Of a DNA stretch of 64,000 nucleotides, positions 17,064 to 27,070 are shown piece after piece. The DNA lies in assembly GCA_018669975.1 (NCBI GenBank), contig JABHSK010000001.1, positions 88,394-152,393 on the forward strand. Direction: 5' to 3'. The position numbers and the translations under genes were made by a program. The notes under the pieces were generated by a model, which saw only the letters and a list, made by a program, of their open reading frames with translations, did not search any database and was not told the DNA's origin. Within the stretch, counting starts at the first letter, position 1, and every line of letters begins with the position of its first letter. Source of the DNA: Candidatus Parcubacteria bacterium (GTDB lineage Bacteria; Patescibacteriota; Patescibacteriia; UBA1558; GWA2-36-10).

Positions 17064-20000
17064 CTAGACACTTGGACTATCAAAACCTTTTAAACGTATC
17101 GCCACTTCTTTATCTATTATCTCCATACCCTCTCTTAAAGATATGGCTCTAGGATTAGTAGTATCCTTTCCTATAGCTGCTAACTGTGCTTCAGTAAATG
17201 CTTTTACTTTACTAAGATAATCAACATCATAATCATTAATTTTAGCTAGTTCAAAATTCAAACTCTCTTTTCCTGCATTAAGAGTGCCAATCGCATAATC
17301 AATCGGATCCATTGGTTTTTCAACACTAGTCTCTACTCCTGTTGATTGTGTTACTTTAGTATCACTACTAACTCCATCCTCATGTTTAACATCTATTATT
17401 TTATTATCTTTATCAAGCACTAAATTATCTACACCCCCATCTTTATCAGTAACTTCCACATCTAGAAGATCATTATGTGTTGTAATTTTAATTGTGTCTG
17501 TCACACCCTTATCTTCAGGTGATATACCTAGAGTATCAGCTGCTTCTTTGGAAAATACTATAGGACCTGTTCCTGGTACATCTAAACTACCTCCTTTGAA
17601 AGCAATACCCCGCTCTGCCATAACCTTAAAGGCATTATTATCAATATCCACTTTTATATTTGGTGGCAAGTCTGCGGACTTAGTTTCTAACACTGGTATT
17701 GCATCAGTAGTTAGTGGTGTTTCTACAACTTTTGGCATCTCCTTAGTAGATAAGTCTGGCTGAACAGTTTTTGGAACTACATCAGCTGATACTGCCTTCG
17801 GATCAGTAGTAACTGCCGCAACTTCAGGTGATACACCACTTGATTGACTATCAGGAGTAGCTGTGGAAGCCTCTGGTCTCTTCAAACTAAAAGTCTTATC
17901 ATTGTCTAATTCTATCCTTTCGGTTGCTAATGGCACCTTCCCATCAAATACCTCTTTCATAGCATCAGCATCCTTGATTGCATCTGGTACACCATCACCG
18001 TTTATATCTATATAAAATAAATCTTTGCGCATAAAACGGGCATCATGGCGAACTAAGGCATATTTTTCTCCAACTGCCACCGGCACCCATTCTTTATCAC
18101 CGCTAGCTTGATCAAAAGCAAATTCCATTTCTCGATAATTTCTAGTAACGTTAGATTCAAAAGCGCCCATTAGCCTTTTCATACTACCGTCATAATTTCT
18201 GAGCTCATCAGTGCCATACAATTTAGATATCTCATGCAAAAAGACGACTCTCTTATCATCGCCCATATTATTATCCTTAAAATAATCCCCAACGAACTGT
18301 TCTAATTGTTTAGTATTATTATCACTCAACATCTTATGTAAAACATCATCTAATTTTCCATCTGCTTTAGCTACGGCATACATGTCATTACTATACTCTG
18401 TATCACCTACTAGAAAACCATCGATTTGAGTCTTTACGCCCTCCACCCTAGTTAATTCTGCCACACGAGCATCTTCAGTAACCACCTCTTCAGCAGTCAT
18501 GGCAACATTACGCTCTTCCATAAATACCTTGAGCTGTTCAGTGCTCATTTCTTGATGAGAACCATCTGGCATCACTACATTTGGATTACCATCACGATCC
18601 CAATCATAAACTTTAACAACGCCATCTTCTGTTTGTAAACTAACAAACTGATCACCAGTTTGAGCGTCCATCTGCACCTCATGCTCTACACCTCCTTCAA
18701 ACTTGGTATCAGAGAAAAATTTCTCTACATTTGTATCAGATAGATGACTAGCGTTTATTCCTGATGCATCATCAAAACTTAAGACAGGTTTGCCATTAAC
18801 TATGTCTATTTTTACTACATCATTATCATGAACCAAATCAGCTAAATTACCTCCCTGTTCGGCATTTAATCCATTAACTGCGCTAGCTGTTTGTGCTTCA
18901 GCCCACCTTGATAGTTCTGCGGCATCATTAAGGTCACCTTTATAGCCTAGAGCTTCGGCATTGCCCGTAAATATAGCTTTGGCTGATCTCCAAATAGAAT
19001 CTGAACCACTGCTCATCTCTGATGAATCTATAGTGTCCTCGAAATGAGTTGGTTGTTCTTGAGCTACAGTTGTACCTGACTGCATAGATTCGTCTACACC
19101 TTCTGTTGAAACACCTGTTTCACTTGAATCCATAGATGGTGCAACGTCAGATTTCCAAGGATCAGGATCACTCTGACCAGATTTCCAAGGATCAGGCTCA
19201 TTTTTCCAATCTGATGTGCCTTTATATACCTCTGGTGCACCCCCTTCATTACTAGAACTAGAATCTACTTCTGGCTCTCCCACCACCACTTTACCTAAAG
19301 CTTTATCAAGTAATCCTGGACCAAAAAAGGAAGCCGCGCCACCTAATATAGCACCACCTGCCATAAATAATAATTTACGACGTTTAGTATGTTTTTCTAT
19401 ACGAGATACATCTACCTCAACTTGTTCTCCCAATTTTTTAGTATTACTACCGACCTGTTCTAGGAGACCAGTCAAGGTATCCTGATTTTTCATCTCTATT
19501 TTATTTACATTATGTACAAAATTTTCTGCCCTACTCTTGAGCAGTGGATTTGAATCTAAAATACCTAACTCTAATTTACTCTTGACAAAGATACTACCTT
19601 CTCTCAAAAAATCTAAATTTTCAACTGGAAAATTAATATCCTCAATTTTTGCCTCAGCCTCCTTCAGCATCTCACCAATTTCACCAAAAACTTTTTGCTC
19701 TTGCCTTAAATTCCTGTCCTCTGCTAGCATATAACCCATACCTGCACCACCCACAGCGCCTAATGCAACTCTAGTGGTACCCTCTAATCTAATAGCAGCA
19801 GAAACAGCAGCGCCAGTTAAGAAACTATAAGCATCATATTTATGTTTATCCCAGAAACTTTTTTCAGCTTCAGTTGCATCTGCTGGCAAGTCATCTATCT
19901 TGCCAGTGGCACTAAAGAGATTATATTTTTTTATATATCCATAAACAGCCGGATTATGATTCTTGAGTTCATCTAGCCTGGTCTTAGCCTCTGAGTTACC

Positions 20001-23000
20001 TCTTCTATGCTGACCAAGAGTCAATGCTAACTGCACAGCCATATTATGTTTTTCCAGGGCTGTAATATCGCTACGCTCTCCACTTGGATACATAGCTTCT
20101 ATTTGCACTAAAGCTGACTTATAAAGACCTTGTTCAATTTTATCTAAAGTGGAAGCCTCTACCTCTACATGGCCAGTCGCTCTAGCTTCTTCAAAAGCAA
20201 CATCTAATTCCTCCAAGGCTACGCCGCTAGTTTGCTCACGTACAGTATTGCTTATGTGTCCACTTAATTTACGTTTAAATTCTTCCGTGTTCTTAAATAA
20301 TTCTACCAAAAGAGCATCTTTCTTCTTTTCAACCTCTTCTTGTTCTTTAGCTTTGGTCTTTTCAAGATTACCCGTTTCTCTTTTGCCTCTTAATTTTCTA
20401 ACTAGTAAACGAACCCCTGAAACTGCTGAAGATGAAATACCAACTGAGGCAAGTCCTCCAATGCCACCTGTAAAAGCAGTGATAGCAAATGAACCAGCTA
20501 TAACCAGTGCTGCATCTACTGCTGCCCTAGCAGCTAGGCGTTTTACTTTTTTTGCACTTAGCAAAGCCATTTCCTGCTGAGCAGCCATATCTATAGTCTG
20601 CTGAATGACTTCATTGATTCTCTCTGCTACCTTACTTAAATCATCATCTGACAACAATTCTTGATCTCCCTGTTGTTCTAGGATATCCTTTATCTTTGTC
20701 TTATAAAAATTAACAATCTTTTCTTTAGTATTTTGTAATACTCTTTCAGCTGCATATAATTTTTGGCTGGCTTTTTCTGCCTCTTCACTAACCTTCTCTA
20801 TAGCAGCTGTTATTTTTTTAGCATTTTCCTCTCTAATTTTTACTAGACTTTCTTCAGCGCTTTTAGCTTTTACCCTGACTTCTGCTAATTCTTTTCCTAA
20901 CTCTGCAACCTCTTTATCATCACTAGGCACTAACTCTGCGGCAGCTAAATCACTCTCAAGCTCAACAACCTCCTTGGATAAAGATGTCACCACAGCTTCT
21001 GCAGCTCTAATTGGTTCTTCTGCCTCTCGGATAGGCTTGTTGGCTATATCTAATTCTGCTTGAGCAGCAGTCACTGCCTTACCAGCCTGCCTATACTCAT
21101 CCATAAAACCTTTAAGCTCTCCTATCTCTGATTCTTCTAAACTCTCAAAAATCATCCTCGGATGAATATCTAAATAACCAAGTTGTTTTTCCAGTTCTTC
21201 TTGAGAAAAAACAGTTGGTACTTCTGGAACAGCCTCTGCAGTTGTTGTAGCCTCTTCAGATTCCGCATCTGCTGCTTTTTCTTCACCTGACTCCACCTCA
21301 GTAGTCGCTGGTTCTTCAGCAACTGGCTCAACATAATTTTCTACAATTTCTGAATCTGTAATTTTCTCACCATCAGCTTCTCCTTTATGCTCAAATTTAC
21401 CACCTGTCTCTATTTTAATAACGCTACCTGAGACTTCACCATAAACTCTCAAGGTGGCACCATCTCTAACTGTAATATCACAACCAATAAGATCTCCGAC
21501 AGATAAAATTATGTATCGCTTCAAATCTTCCGTTTCACCATTAAGCATTTCATACTCTTTATCCTCTTCGGCAGTCTCTGTAGTTGTAGTTTCTGTGACT
21601 GTCTCAACTAGAGCTTCTTCAGATGTACCTACACCTGCATCTCCCAAATCTATACTCCTTTCGTTTGCGATACGTAATATTGTATCTTGAGCCCGTTCAA
21701 CATCTTTTAACTTTTGTTCAAGAATAGCCTTTTTCCTCACATCTTTTTCTTTACTAGCCTGCCCCTTATATAATTCAAGATCTTTTAAATTCTTTGCAAA
21801 AAAACGTTGAATCATCTCTGGTGGCGTTTTCTCTAAAGCAGCTTCAAGATACTGCTGTGATCGTACACGGAGTGCGTCAATTTGCTTCAACGACTCTTCA
21901 CTTAAATCTTTTTTAAGTGAAATACCAAGTTTTTGAAATATCTTATCTTCAATTGAATTATAATCTCTTCTTAATTTGTCCCATTCTTTTGCATCTATAT
22001 CCCGTTGAAATAGTTTCTCTGCTTTTGCGCGTAAGCCACCCTCCTCTGATATACCTTCACTTGTACCAGTTCCCTGCATATAGTCAGACAAAACATAAAA
22101 AGCATCTTCATTAGGGCCATCACCTACCTTAGTTACTAATTCTTCTAATGATTCTGCATCATATTGTTGTTCAGCGGTGGTTTCTGTAGCTGTATCAGCT
22201 ACACCCGCCTCTTTAATAACTTCTGATTCATGCCCTGCTGGTACTTCAGGTATAATTCCACTACCTTCACTTGTAGCTGGTGTTGGTGACTCTACTGACT
22301 CTGCACTATCTTCATCAGACACTTCAGAACCGTAAGGTTTTAAAATAACACCTGCTTCAACACTTAATTCTAGAATTCCTTGTGTCGTATCATCATATGC
22401 TGCTTGAATTTCTACTTTTATAGCCTCTACGTCATCGCCTGAACTGTCTTCAATAATTATCAAACTTCCTTCTTCGAAGGCTGCTACGAACTCATCCATC
22501 TTAAGATGAATTTTTCTAAGTTTCTCTATGTCCTCAGGTTTAAAACCCTCATGCTCCAAAACTAATCTTGCAAGCTCCACTTGACTCTTCAAGTCTTCGG
22601 TTTTATTAATCAAAAATTCTCTAGCTTCTTCTAATATCTCAGATTTTTTTTCTATATCATGTTCAGCATCACCCACAGGCACTTCATCAGCTGGCGTAGA
22701 CTCTCTATCAAAAGATCTACTATGTTGCTTGATATCAGACATAGTCTCTGCGCGCTTCTCTGCTACCTGTCTTTTGACTTCACCCTCATCTATAGACTCG
22801 ACTGATTTAGATTCAGTCAATTTAGCCAGGGCAAATTCTTTGTATTCATCAAAAAGTTTAGCGATTTTACTAGTTACCGAAACAATTTCTACATGAGCAA
22901 CGGGAGACTCACCTTCTGCCTTAGCTTCACACTGAGCAATAATCTCATCTGCAGCAACTTGAACTTCACTAATTTCAGCAGTAATAAATTCTGAAAAACT

Positions 23001-23063
23001 TAATTGTTCTGGTGATTTTTCACCAGTATCTAATGTGTCTTCTTTGGAATGTTTTCTTGCCAT
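17064..23063 (-). CDS. Giant acidic protein (1999 aa) with coiled coils, Gly-rich hydrophobic segments and DxDxDG-like motifs
   Basis: Uninterrupted 6-kb ORF; E/D-rich; hydrophobic Gly/Ala segments in the middle third; DWDRDGNPN, DINGDGVPD. Confidence 0.85.
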   Translation of the reverse strand: MARKHSKEDTLDTGEKSPEQLSFSEFITAEISEVQVAADEIIAQCEAKAEGESPVAHVEIVSVTSKIAKLFDEYKEFALAKLTESKSVESIDEGEVKRQVAEKRAETMSDIKQHSRSFDRESTPADEVPVGDAEHDIEKKSEILEEAREFLINKTEDLKSQVELARLVLEHEGFKPEDIEKLRKIHLKMDEFVAAFEEGSLIIIEDSSGDDVEAIKVEIQAAYDDTTQGILELSVEAGVILKPYGSEVSDEDSAESVESPTPATSEGSGIIPEVPAGHESEVIKEAGVADTATETTAEQQYDAESLEELVTKVGDGPNEDAFYVLSDYMQGTGTSEGISEEGGLRAKAEKLFQRDIDAKEWDKLRRDYNSIEDKIFQKLGISLKKDLSEESLKQIDALRVRSQQYLEAALEKTPPEMIQRFFAKNLKDLELYKGQASKEKDVRKKAILEQKLKDVERAQDTILRIANERSIDLGDAGVGTSEEALVETVTETTTTETAEEDKEYEMLNGETEDLKRYIILSVGDLIGCDITVRDGATLRVYGEVSGSVIKIETGGKFEHKGEADGEKITDSEIVENYVEPVAEEPATTEVESGEEKAADAESEEATTTAEAVPEVPTVFSQEELEKQLGYLDIHPRMIFESLEESEIGELKGFMDEYRQAGKAVTAAQAELDIANKPIREAEEPIRAAEAVVTSLSKEVVELESDLAAAELVPSDDKEVAELGKELAEVRVKAKSAEESLVKIREENAKKITAAIEKVSEEAEKASQKLYAAERVLQNTKEKIVNFYKTKIKDILEQQGDQELLSDDDLSKVAERINEVIQQTIDMAAQQEMALLSAKKVKRLAARAAVDAALVIAGSFAITAFTGGIGGLASVGISSSAVSGVRLLVRKLRGKRETGNLEKTKAKEQEEVEKKKDALLVELFKNTEEFKRKLSGHISNTVREQTSGVALEELDVAFEEARATGHVEVEASTLDKIEQGLYKSALVQIEAMYPSGERSDITALEKHNMAVQLALTLGQHRRGNSEAKTRLDELKNHNPAVYGYIKKYNLFSATGKIDDLPADATEAEKSFWDKHKYDAYSFLTGAAVSAAIRLEGTTRVALGAVGGAGMGYMLAEDRNLRQEQKVFGEIGEMLKEAEAKIEDINFPVENLDFLREGSIFVKSKLELGILDSNPLLKSRAENFVHNVNKIEMKNQDTLTGLLEQVGSNTKKLGEQVEVDVSRIEKHTKRRKLLFMAGGAILGGAASFFGPGLLDKALGKVVVGEPEVDSSSSNEGGAPEVYKGTSDWKNEPDPWKSGQSDPDPWKSDVAPSMDSSETGVSTEGVDESMQSGTTVAQEQPTHFEDTIDSSEMSSGSDSIWRSAKAIFTGNAEALGYKGDLNDAAELSRWAEAQTASAVNGLNAEQGGNLADLVHDNDVVKIDIVNGKPVLSFDDASGINASHLSDTNVEKFFSDTKFEGGVEHEVQMDAQTGDQFVSLQTEDGVVKVYDWDRDGNPNVVMPDGSHQEMSTEQLKVFMEERNVAMTAEEVVTEDARVAELTRVEGVKTQIDGFLVGDTEYSNDMYAVAKADGKLDDVLHKMLSDNNTKQLEQFVGDYFKDNNMGDDKRVVFLHEISKLYGTDELRNYDGSMKRLMGAFESNVTRNYREMEFAFDQASGDKEWVPVAVGEKYALVRHDARFMRKDLFYIDINGDGVPDAIKDADAMKEVFDGKVPLATERIELDNDKTFSLKRPEASTATPDSQSSGVSPEVAAVTTDPKAVSADVVPKTVQPDLSTKEMPKVVETPLTTDAIPVLETKSADLPPNIKVDIDNNAFKVMAERGIAFKGGSLDVPGTGPIVFSKEAADTLGISPEDKGVTDTIKITTHNDLLDVEVTDKDGGVDNLVLDKDNKIIDVKHEDGVSSDTKVTQSTGVETSVEKPMDPIDYAIGTLNAGKESLNFELAKINDYDVDYLSKVKAFTEAQLAAIGKDTTNPRAISLREGMEIIDKEVAIRLKGFDSPSV

Positions 23064-23068
23064 AATAT

Positions 23069-23242
23069 TTATAATTCGTTTTTAATCTTATCTAAAACAT
23101 CATCAATCTTCTTTTTTTCAGAAGCCTTGAGCTTATTTTCATTATTTTGCAGAAATTCATTCATAATAGACTTCATTTTTTCTAAAGTCTCTTGTTTTTT
23201 CTGGTTTACAATTTTTCTCTTTTCGTCGTCGGAAAGATTCAT
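23069..23242 (-). CDS. Small coiled-coil protein (57 aa), absent from the ORF track
   Basis: Manual translation MNLSDDEKRKIVNQKKQETLEKMKSIMNEFLQNNENKLKASEKKKIDDVLDKIKNEL; fills the gap between co-oriented genes. Confidence 0.65.
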   Translation of the reverse strand: MNLSDDEKRKIVNQKKQETLEKMKSIMNEFLQNNENKLKASEKKKIDDVLDKIKNEL

Positions 23243-23267
23243 AGATGTTTTACTTTTTATTTTAATA

Positions 23268-23603
23268 TTAGCCTAATTTTGTGCCTTTTAACTTTTCAGC
23301 ACCACTGATAAATTCTTCTGCAAATTTAGTTAAGGTGTTTTCTACCTTAGTTTGAAAATCAGTAATTTTGCTATTAAAAAACTCCAAAGTCTTTTTCGGC
23401 TCTGGAGATGGGTTTTTGGCTATAAATTCCTCAAAATCTTTGGCACCCTGTTCATCTAGCTCGGCAATAGCCATCATACCTAATCTACGCTGTGCTTCAA
23501 CTGCTAATTTTTCATTATAGGTCTTTTTAAAATCATCTGGCATATTATCTATCCCAGCTTTTTTAACCATGTCTTGAATAAACTTTTGGATAACGTCTTC
23601 CAT
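23268..23603 (-). CDS. DUF5663-like small helical protein (CPR-typical)
   Basis: GIDNMPDDFKK...RRLGMMAIAELDEQGAKDFEEFI pattern. Confidence 0.65.
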   Translation of the reverse strand: MEDVIQKFIQDMVKKAGIDNMPDDFKKTYNEKLAVEAQRRLGMMAIAELDEQGAKDFEEFIAKNPSPEPKKTLEFFNSKITDFQTKVENTLTKFAEEFISGAEKLKGTKLG

Positions 23604-23668
23604 AATTTTAAAAATTAATTTTTTAGTTTTTGTATATTTATTAAATCATAATCAAGGTAAAAAAACAA

Positions 23669-23703
23669 CCCCGCTAAGATGCGCATGCGCACCTTAGCGG
23701 GGT
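23669..23703 (-). terminator. Terminator hairpin after the SPFH-like gene
   Basis: CCCCGCTAAG...CTTAGCGGGG with an A-tract on the left (T-tract on the minus strand). Confidence 0.7.
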
Positions 23704-23719
23704 CAATAGTGTAGAGAAT

Positions 23720-25264
23720 CTACTTCTTAGGGATCAACTTAGACAACAATCCACCAAGCTTGGCACCGCCAAGATAATGGCTAGCAGCCCGACGAGAACG
23801 CTGGTCCTCAATGATCTGATCCCAGACTTCGCCCTCTGTAACCAAAGGCTTATTCATGGCTGCCAGAGACACGTTAAGCACTTCAGTTATGGATGTCAAA
23901 CGAGCCACAAAGGCTTGACCCTTGGCAGTTTGGACATTAATGTCACGCAGAGCGGTCTTTTCTTCAGCCCGCTTGCTGGCATATTCATCCAGCTGTGCCT
24001 TATAAATCTCATCAGGCACACGACGCAACATACCAATTTCCAACAACTCATGGCCAGTTGACTCAAGTACATAGCCCCTGAGATCATTCAGATCCCTCTG
24101 AATATCCCTCAGTTTAACCTGACGTTCTTCATGTGCCAATCTCAGCACAGTATCCTTAGCGGCATCTGTCCTATTTCTGAGACGACGCAAGTTATCGATC
24201 TTGGTTGACGTCATTTCCTTGAGGAAATCTGCGTCCAAGATCATGTCAGGAGTCTGCGTATGCATGTAGTCAGCCAACCAATCATTGATCACACCGATGA
24301 TATACTCATCAATCCTGTTACGCTCATCATCAGCTAGACCCCAGAAAATATCCACGTGGTCCAAGCTAAGCCGATGAGCTTCACGAAAGTTGAGCTTGAA
24401 AGAAGGGCCAGCGGCCACAGCTTCCTCATCACCATTGTCATCCGTTTCCGGAATGGCCATACATTCTAGCCAATCGGTCTCCGTCTTATTTTCCGGCTTT
24501 GCCCAAGCCAAAGGGACAAAATCCAACGGACCGAGCCAATTAGGTATCCAGCGAAGGCGTTTTAAACCAACCGCCAAAACCTTATTGTGATCATCACTAT
24601 TGGCTTCAGGCTTAGGAATCCACCCTGAACCTTTGGTGTCACGACGCTGAAGGTTACTAGCACCTTTAGCAAACACCGGGTAAAGAGGTTTTCCAAACCA
24701 GGTCAACATGAAAACTTGACGAACAGGAATGTTGATGTGAAGACTCAGCCAATATCCAGCAGCTATCAATACGACAGCCGTTAGATATGTCCACCAGAAG
24801 TGGAGCAGTGCTGCAGTCAAGATACCCAACGCAATCATCGAGAAGGATACCCAGCTCGGCCAATATACCTTGGGAGTTATCGCAGGCACACTCTGAGTGA
24901 ACGTAGCAAACCACTTCCGAGGACGAAAGGCCTTGTAACCGATTACCGACAAGGCTACCAGCAATACCAAGCCAATAATGGCCGGGATAAGCTGAAGCTT
25001 CATGTCAGGCGTACCGATATCAGGTGCATTAATGTTCAAGGAAGCTTTGTTCAGAACAAAGATAACCCATCCCAACGCAATCACACCGCTGGCGATCCAC
25101 TTGAACTTTTTGTTCTCATGGTTAGGACTAGTTAGGCCCCTAATCGCAAAACAAGAGAGAATGAACAACAGGATAACAATCCCGTGATCAATCACCACAT
25201 TTTCCCAGAACTTAGTCCAGGCTTCTGAGAGACCCTGATTGTCTGTGTACTTTTCGCTTGGCAT
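23720..25264 (-). CDS. Multi-pass membrane protein with a possible divergent SPFH/band-7-like C-terminal domain
   Basis: About five N-terminal TM helices; C-terminal ...GVINDWLADYM...GHELLEIGMLRRVPDEIYKAQL plus AE-rich coil; SD AAGGAGG. Confidence 0.55.
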   Translation of the reverse strand: MPSEKYTDNQGLSEAWTKFWENVVIDHGIVILLFILSCFAIRGLTSPNHENKKFKWIASGVIALGWVIFVLNKASLNINAPDIGTPDMKLQLIPAIIGLVLLVALSVIGYKAFRPRKWFATFTQSVPAITPKVYWPSWVSFSMIALGILTAALLHFWWTYLTAVVLIAAGYWLSLHINIPVRQVFMLTWFGKPLYPVFAKGASNLQRRDTKGSGWIPKPEANSDDHNKVLAVGLKRLRWIPNWLGPLDFVPLAWAKPENKTETDWLECMAIPETDDNGDEEAVAAGPSFKLNFREAHRLSLDHVDIFWGLADDERNRIDEYIIGVINDWLADYMHTQTPDMILDADFLKEMTSTKIDNLRRLRNRTDAAKDTVLRLAHEERQVKLRDIQRDLNDLRGYVLESTGHELLEIGMLRRVPDEIYKAQLDEYASKRAEEKTALRDINVQTAKGQAFVARLTSITEVLNVSLAAMNKPLVTEGEVWDQIIEDQRSRRAASHYLGGAKLGGLLSKLIPKK

Positions 25265-25308
25265 TTTATGCCTCCTTTTTTAAGAGAAACTCTACACTTT
25301 ATTTACTT

Positions 25309-25391
25309 TTTTCAAAGGTCTAGACATTAAGAGACAATTTATGCCATCTTAATGAATACAATATTATATCATATATTTGAAAAAATGTCAA
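25309..25391 (-). promoter_or_regulatory. Consensus promoter plus boxA-like motif
   Basis: TTGACA (25391-25386), 17 nt, TATAAT (25368-25363); GACCTTTGAAAA (25320-25309). Confidence 0.65.
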
Positions 25392-25480
25392 TATATAAGA
25401 AAACAACAAAAATACCCTAATTTTAGGTAAAAAGGGCATTTTATAGATATTATACTTATCCTCTATTTTAATGTTATTGG

Positions 25481-26125
25481 CTATTTTTTAAGCTTTTTAT
25501 AAATAAAATATGAGTAAACTACACTACTTAAAGTAAGTAAAATAACGATGATCAGGCCAACCCCGAACCATTCCTCGGGTAATACTCCTAATAACATAAA
25601 TAACAAGCCACTTAACACAAATGTCTTGCCTCCAAATTCATGGGTTTTCTTCCAAACAGTATCATTAGATAGTGTCCAAGGTGTCCGAATGCCCATAAAC
25701 CAATTAGGCTTAATATCTTTCATCACTACACCCATTACAATAAACAACAGGCCAATCAAAATAGGCATAACAGCTGAGATGGAAATGTCATAACCCAAAT
25801 TCACAAAACCAGTTAGAAAATATATTATTGCTAGATAGCCAACAATAGCCACTCTAAAAATACCATATACGTTAGCAAATTTTTCATAATTCTTTTTCTT
25901 GGGATCAATTTTTGGCAAAAGCTTGAACAGCAGATGTACAAATAAAATTAGTAAGGGCAAAAATATAATCTGCATATTTTTACTACCCCAACCATCAGCT
26001 TCTCCGGCTGCATTCCAATGAGTTACTATTTTGTCTGGTAAATATTGATAAAAATAAAAGGCTGCTAATACAACTGCTACTACCAACAAACAAGAAGCTA
26101 ACTCCCAAATATTTTTCTTTTTCAT
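25481..26125 (-). CDS. SdpI-family immunity membrane protein (DUF1648 N-terminus)
   Basis: LPDKIVTHWNAAGEADGW and PNWFMGIRTPWTLSNDTVWKKTH motifs. Confidence 0.88.
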   Translation of the reverse strand: MKKKNIWELASCLLVVAVVLAAFYFYQYLPDKIVTHWNAAGEADGWGSKNMQIIFLPLLILFVHLLFKLLPKIDPKKKNYEKFANVYGIFRVAIVGYLAIIYFLTGFVNLGYDISISAVMPILIGLLFIVMGVVMKDIKPNWFMGIRTPWTLSNDTVWKKTHEFGGKTFVLSGLLFMLLGVLPEEWFGVGLIIVILLTLSSVVYSYFIYKKLKK

Positions 26126-26139
26126 AGTTCTATTTTAAT

Positions 26140-26994
26140 TTATCTCTGGCAACGAGAACAAAAATGTGTTCCCCTACCTCCTAATTTTACCTTTTTTATA
26201 TTTTCCTGTCGACAACCCATACATTTTTGACCATCGCGACCATATACTTTAAGAAATTTTACAAAATTACCTGGCTGACCACTGGTATCACGATAATCAC
26301 TAAAAGTAGTACCTCTTTTTTCAACTGCCTTCTCAATAATATATTTAGTAGCTGTAAATATCTTTTTCTTTTCTACTACAGTCAAGGTGTTTACCTTCCT
26401 GTCTGGTCTAACTTTAGCACGATAACAAATCTCATCAGCATAAATATTGCCAATACCTGAAACTATTTGTTGATTTAATAATAAAGATTTTATAGTTATT
26501 TTTCTATTAACAAAAATCTTTTGAAAATTTACCCAAGTAAAATTTTTAGTGCCTGGCTCAATACCATATTTTTTAATGATTAGTTCTACATCCTCCACCA
26601 ACTCCATATAACCAAACTGCCGCATGTCATTAAAAAATAATTTAGAATCATCAGCAAAATGAAAAATGATATGTGAATATTTATTGGGTAACTCCCCTTC
26701 TATGGCTTGCTTATGACCACCAGCCACCATTTGATTACCTTTGGTATAAATCAATTGTCCAGTCATTTTCAAGTGCACTAAAAGATAATTCTGTTCATCT
26801 GCTAAAACAAAAATCAATAATTTACCAATTCTATTAATACTTGAAATGCTATTGTTTTTTAGAGTGTTCAAAAAATAAGCTCGCTGATTACGTAGCAACT
26901 TTGGTTTTGTGACTTGCAAATCAACTATCTGTTTGTTAATGACAGCTGATTCAAGTCCACGACGAATTGTCTCTACTTCAGGTAATTCCGGCAT
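26140..26994 (-). CDS. mutM: Formamidopyrimidine-DNA glycosylase
   Basis: MPELPEVE N-terminus, HLKMTG, DMRQFG, GIGNIYADE, C-terminal zinc finger. Confidence 0.96.
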   Translation of the reverse strand: MPELPEVETIRRGLESAVINKQIVDLQVTKPKLLRNQRAYFLNTLKNNSISSINRIGKLLIFVLADEQNYLLVHLKMTGQLIYTKGNQMVAGGHKQAIEGELPNKYSHIIFHFADDSKLFFNDMRQFGYMELVEDVELIIKKYGIEPGTKNFTWVNFQKIFVNRKITIKSLLLNQQIVSGIGNIYADEICYRAKVRPDRKVNTLTVVEKKKIFTATKYIIEKAVEKRGTTFSDYRDTSGQPGNFVKFLKVYGRDGQKCMGCRQENIKKVKLGGRGTHFCSRCQR

Positions 26995-27070
26995 AATGAA
27001 TGTTTTATAACACAATTTTTAACAAAACAAAAGCGCCCGACGAGTGCCGGGCGCTTTCTATATTTAGTAT

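Noticed and set aside
19148-19196. Tandem 30-nt-period repeat as a possible CRISPR remnant
   Set aside because: Only two in-frame copies encoding PDPWKS inside a CDS; no cas genes or spacer array anywhere in the window.
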